Below are positions 49,290-62,654 of a stretch of DNA of 64,000 nt, piece after piece (the stretch's first letter is position 1; the number at the start of each line of letters is the position of its first letter). The DNA lies in contig NIVC01002255.1 in the NCBI GenBank assembly GCA_002269645.1, positions 124,001 through 188,000 of the forward strand. Reading direction: 5' to 3'. Made by a program: the position numbers and the translations under genes. The notes below the pieces were generated by a model. The model was not told where the DNA came from. It saw only the letters and a list, made by a program, of their open reading frames with translations, and made no database searches. The stretch comes from Macrostomum lignano. Taxonomy: Eukaryota.

Positions 49290-49955
49290 ATGTCTCCTCT
49301 CTGCATTCTCGCCATTACTCTCTTCTACCTCCTCTCTACCTCTTTATTTATCTCTTCTCCCTCGTGTTTGCTCTGTACCCTCTCCTGTGTCCTCTCTTCT
49401 CTCTTATCTCTCCCCTCTTCTCTCCTCTCTCATATCTCATCTCTACTCATTTATCTATTGTCTCTCCTATACTCTCTCTCTTCTCTTTTCTCTCTCTTCG
49501 CTGCTCTCGTTTATCTTATTTTCTAGTACCCTCTCCTTTCTTATCTCCCATCTTTTTTGCTTCCTTTCTACCATCTTGATCCTATCTTCTCTCTTCTCTT
49601 CTCTAATATCTAATCTCTTCTCTTTCTTATTTTCGCACACATCTCTTTTCTCATTGCATCTCACATCTCTAATCTCTGTACTCTTACCTTTACCCTCTTC
49701 TTTCTCTCTTAACTCTCTCATCTCTGACCTTTCATCTCTTTCCTCTCTCCTCTTTTATTTCAGCTGTACTCGTACACTCTCATCTCTCCTGTCTCCTGTC
49801 TGCTATCTCATCTCTCTCCACTCCCATCTCATTTCTCCTCTTCTCTTCTCTCTCCCTCTTCATTCCTGCCTTACTCCCCTCTTCTCTCCGATCTGTCCTC
49901 CCTCATATCTACTCTCTTTTCTATTCTTTAACTTTTCTCTATACCTTCTTCTCTG
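49290..49955. repeat. CT-rich low-complexity tract
   Basis: Degenerate (ct)n/(tctc)n sequence; the Ser/Leu ORFs here are compositional. Confidence 0.85.
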
Positions 49956-50939
49956 ACTCATTTATGTGCCAAATCCATCGAAATCCTCTCCATAAAACTG
50001 AAATTTATCAAAACTCTTCATGAGACTGAACTTCATCAAAATTCCCTTTTGATAAACTACAAAAATATCTTTCTCTTGGAGGACTCTCACTTCTTTGGCC
50101 ATCAGTCTCAGTCTCCAAATCTGAGTCCAAATGAATGGCTGTGTTATGGTTGGATCCATGCTTCAGTACTAGCATCAGTTGATGGTCAAGATTCTATAGC
50201 AATAGATTCAGCATGAGCAGTGCGCCATCGTACAAATCTTGTCTCAAGACTTCTAGTTTCTTCTTTATTTCAAAAACAGCTTCTCTTTTAGCTGACATTA
50301 CTGGAGAAGAGCAATATACATGGGTTGTTGCATCTGCACCATGAATCTAATTTTTTGCATTCTGCATAGATAGATCTGTATTAGAAGCAACAAGTTCTGG
50401 GTTTTGCACTGCCATTAACAGTCCCTCTCTGTGTGAGCTTGCTGAGCATTGGAATGGTGGTGCTTCTAGTTCCCTTGAATATGCTGCAGCTGCACCATCA
50501 CCTGATCCCTGGGCTACGCTTAAGATTGCTGGTAAATTTTCTTCTTATATCCAATGCGCACTAGAACAATCAATAACTTCTCCAGTGAGTTACACAACCA
50601 AGTTTCCATTGTGTAAAGAGCAATGGCTTTCACTCTTCAGCTGCAGAAAGGGGGAGCTGGTTGATAGAATAGTCTTCATGGCCTTTTTCATCCCACTCGC
50701 GTGTAGGATTCAGTATATAATCAGGTGCAGGTCTATCTTTAAGTGAAGTATATAATAACTCAATGAATGACACGAGTGCACGAGTACAAATTTGCACAAG
50801 TACGAGTACAAAGTGCACAAGTGTATATATATACAAGTTAGTTTGCCAGACATATACAGTAACAATACAGTATGTAGAGTGTAGCCTACAGGGTACAGGC
50901 TACAGTGCAGTTTAGTACTGCAGTCTGCAACATACATGT

Positions 50940-51090
50940 GCAACCTTAGGGAATCACCCAGCAATTTCTATTGGCAACACACATGTAAGTCACTATTGGA
51001 CAGAATAGTAGTCACATGACTGCTCTCAGCCAATAGCGATTTACATGTGTGTGTTGCCAATAGAAACAGCCAGGTGAATCCCAAGGTTGC
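50940..51090. repeat. Palindromic 150-bp MITE-like element, copy 1
   Basis: gcaaccttagggaatcacc...ggtgaatcccaaggttgc with nested inverted repeats around gtcacatgac. Confidence 0.7.
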
Positions 51091-52681
51091 CCCCAAGCAT
51101 GGTCTGCAATGCTGCATAAGTGAATAAGTGAGTGAATAAGTGAACAATAAATCAATCGAGAAAGAGTGAGGGCAAGAGAAAGGGAAGAGAAATAAGGTAC
51201 TTAATTTTTCAGTAAGCACAAGCATGCAAAGCGTGCTACCCCCCCCCCCCCCGGTCCTTCAGTATGGTGGTGCATAGGTAAGTCGCAAATCTTAGACAAA
51301 GCTAAGTTGCACTGGACAGGTGAAATTTTGAGGTTGGGCATGTATGACAAAGCATTGCAACTCTATGAAGTAAATAAAACAAAATTAAATAAATCAATAC
51401 TTTACTATTTTAGCAAAGAAAATGTCTAAAATTTTAGGCGTTATTTAATTAAAGATTGGCAAAAAATTATATTTGAAACCATAATAGTTATCATCAAAAA
51501 GGTTTTCTTCCTATTACTGAAATGACTTTCTTTTGCTTATCATTAAAATGATTATCACTAAAGTATTCTTATAAGAATATTTTAAATCCTAGTAGGGTAC
51601 CCAATTGATTTCCTAATTGTCAAGTTTCAAATTTATATATATAATTCTAAAAATTTTTAATAGGGACTTAGTAAGTCCCTTGACCTATAATCTAGATCAT
51701 GCTAAGTTCATGCTATGCTAAAATGCTCTGAACTAAATATATATTCATACCAATGTAAAGTTAATGCCAACTTTTTTGCAATTGCAACAATTATAGTTTT
51801 TAATATAATTAGTTAATTAGTTACAAACTAATTACAAGCCATGGATATGGCTATGGAAAGTTATACATTTTTTACTTTCAATAAAACTAGCTTGTAAGTC
51901 CTTAGGGTCAAGGACTAAAATAGCATTTTTATAGCATATGGGCCATTCCATATAATTATAGTTATAATATGACAGGCTATTTTTACTTATAAAATGAAAT
52001 CTAAAATAGAATATACTAACCAATATTTTGAATAAAAGATTATTTTGTCAAGAATATGTTTATATAGTTTCATATAGATATCATCATTAGTATAGATGCT
52101 ATTAAAACTTGAATGGCACTTATGGTTGTAACAATAGGATTTTTGACAAAAAGAAACTAAAAGGTAAAAGTCTTATAACATTTTTCATTTTTGATATTTT
52201 ATAATACACTTTAAAAAATTTGACTAAGAACATCTTTAGAAATCATACTCTTTTATTAGAATATATAAACTCAAAAAGGCAATAAAGATATAAAAGAAAA
52301 GGCAGCATCTGATGATGCATGTACTATAATTTTATCTATAGTTTGTTTCAACATTCCAAAGCTTTCTATTTGTTTTTAAAAGGTACACAACCTTAATGAT
52401 GTCTTTTGCTTAGAAAAATGTCCAAATTTTTACAAAAATGACTTTTTGCCAATTGATAACATACTAATCCAACATTTTACCAACCATTTATTCTTAGGTT
52501 GTATATATTACACATCAAAAACATTTGGCCAAAAAGTGGCTAATAAGGAAATGGCAAGCAAAAATATTGACTTTTTTTTCTATTTTCCAAATGTCTCCAT
52601 CTTATCTAAAATGAGCCATATGCAAATTGTAGTTAATATAGTTGGTATAATGATAAAACATAGATATTTTAACATACATGC

Positions 52682-52840
52682 GCAACTTTAGGAATCACCT
52701 GGCTGTTTCTATTGGCAACACATGTATGTAAGTTGCTATTGGCTGAGAGCAGTCACATGACTACTATTCCATCCAATAGCGACTTACATGTGTATATTGC
52801 CAAATGCCAATAGAAATGGCCAAGTGAATCCCAAGGTTGC
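52682..52840. repeat. Palindromic MITE-like element, copy 2
   Basis: Same termini and flanks as copy 1; the core is the reverse complement of the copy 1 core. Confidence 0.7.
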
Positions 52841-54313
52841 ATCCAAGCATGTATTTTAATGTAGATTTTGGGACAAATAAAACTTTAATATGCATTCAAT
52901 GTAAGTTTGCTAGTGATAGACTTTTTTGGAAAGATTTAAATTTCTCCTTTTTATAAGTGTACTAGGCCCTAGCTTTTACATGAGTAGATATTAGTTGTAT
53001 TTTATTATATTAGCTAAATATTATGCAAATTTTGCCCTAGCCTAAATTGTCTAAATTGAATTTAAACTGGTTTTATAACTTTACTTTGATAAAAATTGCA
53101 TTTGAAATAGTGTAACTGTGTACTTACCCTCTGCATAATAAAGTTAATTAATAATATTTGTCTTTTGTTCTAATAAAACTTGAATGAAATTGACTTGTGT
53201 CCTACTTATTCTAATTTAACATTAACTATAAGTTGCATTAGTCTGGTGGCAACAATTTCTACCAAATAGAAATAAAAAGTAAGAAATCATAAAGTAAAAA
53301 AAAGAACAAACTAGTAGCTTAAACTGTGAGGAGACATGCCTATTCTTTGTATGATGATAGTGTTCTAATATATTCTGGTAGGATTCTAATGTATTCTGAT
53401 AGCAGTCTAGTGTACTCTAGTAATGGTCTTAATTTGTATTTTGGCCTGAACTGTTTACTGGTACATGTACTATTCCAATATGGGTGGTACTAAGATCAGA
53501 GTGTCACAGTGTTACTCCTTTAATAAGTCTCTAAACTATTATGAGAACTCTTCACTTGAAAAGAAGTAACTCATTTTAACTCCAAATCTAAGAAATTAAA
53601 TAAGTTGAACTTATCAATTCATTTTGAGGAGCTTTGTGACTCTGCTCAAAGGTTTTTCCCAAGTTAGAGCTTATTTCTGACAAATTCGTTTCTATATATA
53701 GTCATCCCCTATCACAGGAACAAAAACTAGTTCCACCATTTTGTATAAACAGTTAAAATTTTGTGTTAGTTTAACTTGTGTACAAAATGTTCATTTTTCA
53801 ATAATAATCAAGTAGCATTGCCTTTGTTGAAATTTAGCTATTTTGCCCAGCAATAGCAAAAAAGCATAGAATTTCCTTCAATGCTCTTTATTCCTTTTTT
53901 GCTTATGGTAGCATTTGCTAAGATTTTCAACTGCATATTACTGTTAGTAATACAATGTGGAATACAATTACAAAATCAAGAAGTTGAAGATCAAACAGTA
54001 AAATTATTGCCATTATAAGTTATTTTCCTTTCATTGGACCAATAACATCTAACAGCCTTAGGTAATATAACTGTTATACTATTTTGTTTCCAATGCTATT
54101 ATAAAAACTTTATAGTAATAATTTTAATGGCACAGTGCCAGATTTAATCTATTTTGTTTTAGGCTGAACCTGCAGGTATTAAAAAACAATACAAATATAT
54201 TAACATATTGCTTTTTAGTATGAACATATGCATTCTATCTTTAATAAGCATATATAAAACTCTTTCGTGCCATTGCATGTTACAAAGTTGTATTGCTAAG
54301 CCAACCTGTCAAA

Positions 54314-55225
54314 ATGAAGCAAGGTAGCCAACTTCGCTTGCATGTCCTAATCATGATTGCTGGTCACATTGCGGCATTCGTTTTGCTGACTTGTCTATCC
54401 TTTGCGCCTATTGTGAGGTAAGACATACAATATCAAGGTTTTTTATGCAGCGAAAAGAACTTACACTTAATTAATAGGTCAGGGGTCAGTCAACTTGCAA
54501 AGCCTCTCTATCCGTATCTGGCCCTAGGGTCCTTTGAAATTTCTTACAGAAATCCGGCCCGCTCAAGGTTTGTGTCTCTTCTCGGCTCTCCTCTCTAATC
54601 CCTTATCTCTCTTCTCTCGTCTTGTCTCTCCTCTGTTCCGCAGTCAGTCGCTTCTATCTTACCCTTGAGGTAATAAATTTCCATTTGATTGTAGGAGTTG
54701 TTTTATTAATTGCACCGCAACCTTTCAAACTCTCCATTAAGCCCCAGCCTGGCCTGCCGCCTTGAAGAATTCGGATTCGACAGTAAAGACATCAAGCTGT
54801 TCCTATGCAGTAGCCTGTCACTGCTTGCCCTCCATCTGGGCATGCTATACGGTGTCACAGCTGTTCAGCCAGTGTGCATGCTGCCTGGAATGTGTGCTCA
54901 ACTGACTGGCATATTGTGCACCGTACTGTCTATGGCTACATCGGCTGTTAGCTACGGCTTAGCTGGACGTGCCGTCTGGCCAATGGAATTAGCGGTTAAT
55001 AATCTCACTGGCTGCTGCCTTGCCTTCCTATTGGCGCTCATAGTTGGCTGTGTAACTTTTGAAGCTTTCTATGTTGGTACGCTGTGGTGCTACTATAAGC
55101 AGCTGGTTGTGTCTGCTAAAACTGCTGCTAATGCCTCTAATTCCACTGTTACAGCGGCCTTGTCTCCGGCTGCCAAAGATGACAACAAGGAGAATAAAAT
55201 CCTGCCATTCATTGTCTACAGCTAA
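54314..55225 (+). CDS. Four-TM small membrane protein (LAPTM/tetraspan-like topology); exons 54314-54417 and 54748-55225; 193 aa
   Basis: Exon 1 MKQGSQLRLHVLIMIAGHIAAFVLLTCLSFAPIV ends at a phase-2 GTAAGA donor that matches the cccag acceptor. Three more hydrophobic helices, with GV..QP..MLP and LWCYYKQL motifs. Family call is inferred. Confidence 0.65.
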
Positions 55226-56314
55226 ACTGCTGAATTGTTCGATTGTGAGACTATAAACAATCAAAAGTCTACAGAGTCCTTTTCAGTTTGAACAATAAAA
55301 AGTACATGGTTGGTGCAAAAAGGTCTCCCGGATAGAAAAATGGTGTTTATTTAAAGAAACAAATACTCATCAACCCAGTTCAGATAAAACTCAGTTTGCT
55401 ATCCAGGAGACCTTTCTGGACCATCCTGATTGTGCGTTTTTTTTTCTACAAACCAATTCTAAATTGTCATCCAAATCCACAGTTTATTTAATCCAATTGT
55501 CTCACAACACTTGCTTTCTACATGTAAAAAGTGCTTTCAAAAATCACCACTTCAGTGCATCCCCGAAAAAGTGCCGGTGCTGTCCAATATTCTATTAAAT
55601 TGTCTAGTTGAATTAAGCAAAACAGATTATAGCATTTTTTAGTTTTTACCTTTTTTCGTCTCTTTAATTTGCAGCAATAAATGTCAGAGAAAATGCGCTT
55701 CAGTTTACCAGTGCTTGCACGGCTTTAGAGCAGATAATGTGGTGTGTTTGATTTGCTTCATTTTTGTATTTCATTCCTGGCGCCATCGAGTTATTATTAT
55801 GACTTACTAGTAGTATGCCCGAACCTATCAAGACAAACAAGCAAGTGTCAGACAGATGCCCCTTCTGCTAACTTACAAAGCAGGCCCTATGAAAAATGTT
55901 GCAATAGCGAAATTAGACGCTTAGTTAGTCTTGGTGTGAGGAGGGGGCGTTTAGTAAAAGCGCCACATGTGGCCCTAATAAGTTAAGATTGAGCAATTGC
56001 ATCCAGTGTACTCTTACAGGTAATTGCCCAATTAGTCTCTTGCGGGGGAGGGGAGCAATTTATATAACGATGGTATTTATGGCGCAAAATTGTTCTACAA
56101 ATTGGTAAGATAATTGCTGCCTACTCAAGTCCAAACCGGCTCCCTAATATAAAATGATAATTACCCAGTATGTGAACTTCAATATGGCACTAAGTACTTT
56201 TCTTTGTCGATCTATGCTTTAGTAAAGGATGTATAGAATGTTTGTTATATCCTAATCATACTACTTTTATGCATAGAACCCAGAGACCTAGGTTTGATTG
56301 TTGACTCTTCTTAA

Positions 56315-56530
56315 CAGTAACGTCCGACTCACGACTGAAAGGTCGGGGGTTCGATTCTAGACCCACGTTTGTGTCATTGAACAAGACGCACAACTCTGCA
56401 TTGCTGGGGTAATTAAGGGTGTGCCTGTGACTGAACAACCGTACGAAGCCTTCAAATGCGCAGCGCAATAGTTGCGGTTGAGCTGTCGGTTGCACATCAG
56501 GCCATTAGGGCAGGTGTAATCAATAATTTT
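56315..56530 (+). mobile_element. tRNA-derived SINE
   Basis: B box GGTTCGATTC at 56348-56357, followed by the SINE-core-like gtgtcattgaacaagac; boundaries approximate. Confidence 0.55.
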
Positions 56531-56606
56531 TACTGTTATTAGTAAAAAATTGCATTTTACATCGTCTTTTCATGCGCTTAGAAGTTTGCCTAAATCGAGC
56601 TTAATA

Positions 56607-56798
56607 ATGATTATCCCAATTCGTTGTTTCACCTGCGGCAAAGTTGTTGGCGACAAATGGGAACAATTTATTAATATGCTGCAGGGCGGCTATGGCGAAG
56701 GCGACGCTCTGGACATGCTCAAAATTAATCGGTATTGCTGTCGCCGGATGCTGCTATCGCATGTGGATTTGATTGAGAAACTGCTCAACTATGTGTAA
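56607..56798 (+). CDS. POLR2L: RNA polymerase I/II/III shared subunit RPB10 (RPABC5), 63 aa
   Basis: [12 protein letters not shown]...[21 protein letters not shown] with the CX2C...CC zinc ligands. True start is ATG 56607. Confidence 0.9.
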   Translation: MIIPIRCFTCGKVVGDKWEQFINMLQGGYGEGDALDMLKINRYCCRRMLLSHVDLIEKLLNYV

Positions 56799-57722
56799 AC
56801 TTTGAGCAAGACTTTTCATTTCCAATCATGCAAAATGTTTCTGGTTGGCTGATTTTAATGTTCCAAGTATCAGGTTGAATACTTGAATTTCTTTGTCAAG
56901 GAATTTGCGACGATTGAGACTCACTGACTCTTGTAAATCGAACGTGTCAACTACTTTTCAATCGCAAAAATGAAATTTAGCTCGTAATTGGCATTTTCTG
57001 ACAACTAACGTACTAGAAAACTTGAAGTAATATTTCTGTAGAAGTATACAGATCTACAGTAAGAGTTACAACTCGCTAAAGTGAAACCAATAAGTGTTTT
57101 TTTCATGCGTTTCACCGTATTTTTGTTAACCTGGTGAACTTAATAAACAGGCAATTGAATTGGCACTTGTGTACCAGCTACAGCTGAATTGTGCGTCCAG
57201 TTTTTTAATTCTTAGTGTAATTTATATCAGTGTGTTTATTATTTATTTCTCCGTTTATTTAGGTAAAAGAAATAAAAGTTTCAAGGTCAATATTTCGGCT
57301 TTTTACTTTGGATAGACGGTGATAAAAGTTGAAACGAATAACATGTGCTGGTCAAGTCAGATTAAACACATAGTAATAGTGTTGAGAGTTATTGTAGGTT
57401 GCTTTAATATAGACAAGTTATAAACCGTCAGTATAGATTTGAATAAAATTGTTTTTCTCGCGATTAACATTGGATTCAAGTACTTTGTACTAAGATAAAA
57501 ACTTTGGCCCTTATGTCACATTTGCCAAAAAAATATGTTTGCTGACTAAAAGTGCAGGAGGTGGCGCGTATTCTAAAGTAAAGATGCAGTGATTTTAAGG
57601 ACTTGAAAGTGTGCTTCTGTTGCGTAAAAAACTGTGCCATTCGTGTTTTGATCTGCTTCGTTTAATGTTAATTCGCTTAGCCAATTAGCTGTCTCATAAA
57701 ATTTTCAATCCGGTCTCGGGTT

Positions 57723-60279
57723 TTATTTTCCACTGCTGCTGGTCATCTCCACAGGTGTCAATTTGCTCCTAGCGTTTCCGGTGCCCATATTGTTGGCGAT
57801 CTCCTTCTCCCAGGCCTGGATAGTTGATGTACTCGAAGCCGCGGAGGGCACTTGGCCTGGCATGGAGGTAGGCTTCGTAGGCGCTGCTTTGTTGTTCGCG
57901 CCTGACCTACTCCGAGCCGAAGCCACAAAGCGCGCTACGGCTGTTGTCAGGGCGCGGCTCTGCATGAATTTGGTCTTCCACTCGATGCGCTCCTTGTATC
58001 CTTGATAGGCTGTGCGCAGCTCGGCTGATATAACAAACATTAGTTCGAATAGTTCGCAAATGGTTAGAACAGACATGCCTAAGTACAGACCGAGAATGCC
58101 GCCAATGTCTGAGAAAAGATTCGACAGCATGTAGGCCTCTACTTCCTCCACCATCATGCTGAACGAACGATAAGCGCCTAAACTGATTTGGGCAAAGTTG
58201 CTGGCAAACTTTGTCTGAACCTGCAGATTTAAATCGGGTAATTATGGCAAGTTAACTGCAGATGCACCATTGTTTCCATCGCTTGTTTGTGAATGAAGTT
58301 TTTAAAAGTGCTTTTTATTATGTCTGGCCTTTGTATCATCGTATATATCCACTTGTCTCCCGTACTTAGTTTATTTTGCCACTTAACATTCTGGACCAAT
58401 GCTAGCTAAGCTGCTGTATTTCTTTAATTGCTCCCCAATTCTATTAATCGAGTCTTGAGAGTTAGACAGGAATAAGTAATTCTTATTCACCTCATCGGCC
58501 GTTGTTAGATTGTTCCTAAAATAGTAGAACACATCTGGCACTGTATAGTTCATTTCCAGCATCCGATTGATGTGGTCTTGCATAATGTTATTCTTGCAAT
58601 ACACAGCTAAACTGTTCAGTGGCCAAGAAGCCATTGATAGTATTGGCGTGTAGATTCTTTCCTTGCAGTTGTTTACACACTCCGTCATCTCGTTAAATAG
58701 CGTGCTCTGCCTCAAAAGATAGTCGTATTCGCACTGCGTTCGGCGTTTGAATTCCGTCGCATTGGTTGCCATGGAGATGTAATGACATTTCGTACCGTTA
58801 ACAACCTCCGTGGCGTTGGCGTAGGCTGGCGCTACTCCGCTTGACAGGCACTTGCAGTCATTGAGAATCTTTTCTAATAGCTGGCGGTACTGACAGTCCT
58901 GCTTGCCTTTGACAAACTTGATCCGGTTCTTCACCGCGTCTTCGTAGTAGACGGACTGGTCGTCCGGATTGCACTTCTTTGAGTTGCGGCTCACGTAACT
59001 AACAACGAATAAGGTGGTTCAAAGACGTTGCCGCCCGGGTGAATGGGAATATGAAAGATTAAAAGAATATTAAATTGCATCCTGTTTATACCTTGCTTTG
59101 AGCGATTGTCTTTTTGGTTAAAAAACAATAAGACACCATTTCTCAATAGATCTATATTACAAAAGCTACAAATCTACAAATCTAGAACAAAGGCATGAAT
59201 TTCCCAAATCAAGCGTGTTTATATGCGCTTACTGATATTCAACCATCTCAAAGTCGACGTATGAGTGCACGCCTGGCGACAGGTTGATGTAGTCTCGCGG
59301 AAAATGATCCTTTTCACCGTAGAACAATATCGCTCCGCCAGATTTGGACACATCGTAGATGCCTTCGTAGGTGACGCCGGCTGTCAGGCGACCGTAGATT
59401 GTCAGGGACTCCGGATTGCCAAGCACTGGGTAATTGTCCGTGAAAAGTACCTGTAGTACAATGAAATCATCATAGTTACATATACATTTGAACTCAAGAC
59501 AGACCCAAACCTGTTCGCTGTCTGAAGTCTTTACCCTTCGTCAGTGAAGCCACTGAGTTCTAGAACTCATCTTTAGGTGTGATCGCTTTCACATTCTATT
59601 CTTGCTGGTCTTTAGAAATCAGTCTCTCTTCATAGAAACCCATCTTTGAAAGAAACATTATTATTGGACTTACCAGCTCAAGCGAAAACTCTGCTATTTC
59701 CTTAGTCTGATTTAGTAGCGTCGCTGACGGCGAAAATCTGAAGCAATTTCCATATTCGCTCACCCAATAGTTTTCAAAATCAGTAAACGAACAATTGTAG
59801 CCTTTGTACGTGCACTTCACTATAAAATATTCCTGCCTAGTGCCAAGGTATCTCAATAAAAAGCTCGGATCGAACATGTCCTTGGCGATTGGCATGAGGG
59901 TCTCGTACTGGCCACCTAGGCCAACCATCGTGCTGATGTAGGCCAGCTGAGCGGCCGATGAGTACAGATTGGCGTAGACACTCGGATGCTTGGCCACGGT
60001 CTCGTAGTAGTTTGAGTAAGAAATCGGAGTCACTCCGCAGACGGTGATGTCGGGCGTCTCAAATGGAATCGCGCCGGGACTGATGTTGGCAGACACTGGG
60101 GTGCTCATGAAGGTCAGGACCAGTTGCGACAGGTGATAGCTGAAGCCGCCTAGCGCTGTTACTAAAAACAGCGTCCACATTAGCTTCACTGGCAGCGATT
60201 CGCTGCTGTGGATTCTGCTGAAGCCGTGCGCCGTTGTTGAACGGACGAAGTCCGATATACCCTGAACACTGATCTCCAT
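57723..60279 (-). CDS. DEG/ENaC sodium channel subunit; exons 60279-59674, 59450-59233, 58998-58491, 58220-57723; about 609 aa
   Basis: STTAHGFSRI (HG motif), TM1, PDITVC, YGNCFRF, Cys-rich thumb, SDIGGILGLYLGMS (TM2 and filter). Phase-compatible GT-AG introns give 1830 nt; the exon 3 donor (GTGAAT) is the least certain. Confidence 0.88.
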
Positions 60280-60843
60280 TTAAAGAGATCGAATTGGACC
60301 CGTGTGTGTTAGAGTTCGATCTAAATGCCTACTATAGTTTCTAGTTCGCTTTTTTATCTCAGTCCAACGCGATGGTCCGTTCAATTGCTCTTCGCCCAGA
60401 TTAAATACTCTTAGTAAAACGTCAGGTGCCACCCATATTTGTCTCGTTGCGACCCAATCAAATTAATGCATGGCTTTGTATTTTGCAACATTGGCGCACT
60501 ATAAACAATTGGTTGTCAATGGTTACGGATCTGTCTCTTGTTCACAGGCACTGTAGATCCGCAGGATTTTCCACGAAATTACTGCAAGTAGCTTAGCCTA
60601 TCAAGATGAAATTATCAGGAAGTCTGTACTTTGTTAGAATCAAATAGAAACGATTGTATTTTTAGTCTTATAAACTTATTGATGAGTTTTCTTTATGCAA
60701 CAAAGCTTCCTAAAGTTCTGAAAGGAATACGAGGTCTTCTTGGGAACTAAAAAAGCAAAATATTCAAATCCAAAGGTTTGCTCATTTGAAGGCGTTCAAA
60801 CTGGAATCGGACAGTCTGGCGAAACTTTTGTCTCCTGTTGGGG

Positions 60844-61305
60844 TCAGCAGGGACTGCGGTCGCGCACGTCCCGGAGCCTGCAGCAGAGTTGCTGGCCCTC
60901 AGCACGACTGACACCAGCTGAATAGTTCGCTGCTGCTACAGACTCGAAATTCCCCTGCTGGTCTCCTCCAATAGAACCGCCGCCGCCTTGAAAGCAGTGC
61001 GCAACGTGTCTGCGCTTATTAACGCAAGCTAGCGATACTAGAATAAGCGCAGACAGTGGTACAATGACAAAATAGTAGCTATGAATTGCTCGTCCAATGC
61101 CGACATGCTGATCGTTGCTATCATCGACAGTATTGATGTCGTCTGGGTTGCTTCTCATTGTCGTTGTCAGCTCAAAATTGTTGTTGGTTGTAATGTCGGG
61201 CTGGTACTTCTGCCTTCTTGACGAGGCCAGCAGTGACTCGGTTCTATAAAATATTGCTGTCATCAACAGCATGGCAGCTTGCAGCTTCCAAGACAAAGAT
61301 TTCAT
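60844..61305 (-). CDS. Small type I membrane protein, unknown function
   Basis: Signal-peptide-like MKSLSWKLQAAMLLMTAIF, Thr/Asn/Asp-rich stalk, TM YYFVIVPLSALILVSLACV then NKRR. The 3' end may be spliced. Confidence 0.45.
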   Translation of the reverse strand: MKSLSWKLQAAMLLMTAIFYRTESLLASSRRQKYQPDITTNNNFELTTTMRSNPDDINTVDDSNDQHVGIGRAIHSYYFVIVPLSALILVSLACVNKRRHVAHCFQGGGGSIGGDQQGNFESVAAANYSAGVSRAEGQQLCCRLRDVRDRSPC

Positions 61306-62084
61306 GGCTTGATCAAAAGGGAACTTTTTCTTCAATTTTTGCAAAGCTGATTTGAGTGGTTCTCTGGCATATTTGTTCCTAAGAGATCACGGACAGTTTT
61401 CCCTTAGTCACGACCTATCCTTCTGCGCTTTTATGCATCTCTTTCGAAGGCTTTTTTCTTTTCCCGGTAACTAGCCTGGGGGAGGGCATAAAGAGAGCGC
61501 ATAAAAGTATGCATGTATTAATCCTCTCTCCGGCTCGAATCTTGCTGATGATCAGGCTGGCGTTTCCTCGAGCTTCATCTCTTTTCTTTGATTTTTAAAA
61601 GTTTATATAGCTAGCTTTATGCCAAAATTAATTGGCATCTATCAGAGCCTACGTCTTTTAGGTTGTGTTTATCTGTAAATCTATTCCAAGTCTTTCATGT
61701 CATTTTCAAGTATATGAGCCTGCAGACGCTTCTTTAACTCCGTCAGGGAATATAAAGTGCATCAAAAAATTGTAAATCAAGAGGCATGTAGGTAGAGTCC
61801 TGCATATTAAGTTTAGTGCCGTAAACGAGGAAATGAATGAGCGAAATCTTCTTAGTCGGCTGGAATTTGGAAATAAGAGATGACTTTTTTATATTCTGAC
61901 TGTAGTAAATTCCCGTCAGAAGTTTTACTAAGCAAAGCGTACGAGCTAATTACTGTCTGCACAGATTTCCAATGAAATTTTCTACCCAGAATATTAACCT
62001 TTTTACTCATAGTAGCATTCTTAGAGTGTCAAAGCTTTATTTTAATTCTGATTAATTTATCATTATCTAATCTGCATGAAATGA

Positions 62085-62390
62085 GGAGTTGGATATAAAC
62101 ATGAGATGAGGAGTTGCATACAGCATGGGACGAGGAGGCGGATAGAGCATGGCATGAGGAGTTGCATAGAGCATAAGATGAGGAGGTAGATATGCATGAG
62201 ATGAGGAGTTGCATAGACCATAAGATCAGGAGTTGGATGGAGCATGAGATCAGGAGTTGCATATAGCATGAGGAGATGAGGAGGTATATAGAGCATGAGA
62301 TAAGAAGTTCGATAGAGCATGAGATCAGGAGGTGGATAGAGCATGGGATGAAGTGCGATAAGGAGGTGGATAGTGAGTGAGATCAGGTGG
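62085..62390. repeat. Degenerate purine-rich minisatellite, about 24-26 bp
   Basis: Recurrent gagcatgagat(g/c)aggagttgcata. Confidence 0.75.
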
Positions 62391-62654
62391 TTGATAGGTC
62401 CAAATAGCTGTATGCCATCAGTCATCAGAACGCAGTGTCCAGTAATTAGCTGAAATTGGCGTTCCAACTACGTGCACGCTCGTAACAGTTGCATTTTTCA
62501 CCGTATGAGACTACAAGACTACGAATTATTCTACAATTTTCTTTCGGCATTCCCTACTAATTGTCTAATAATTGTCTGTCTGTAGCGACTGTTGATTATA
62601 AGATTCAGCATTGATTAGCTGGTTAGATAAGATCTTAACTTTTATGGATAATAA

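Noticed and set aside
48479-49956. Lys/Arg-rich and Ser/Leu-rich ORFs
   Set aside because: They arise from purine and pyrimidine low-complexity tracts and the 21-bp minisatellite.
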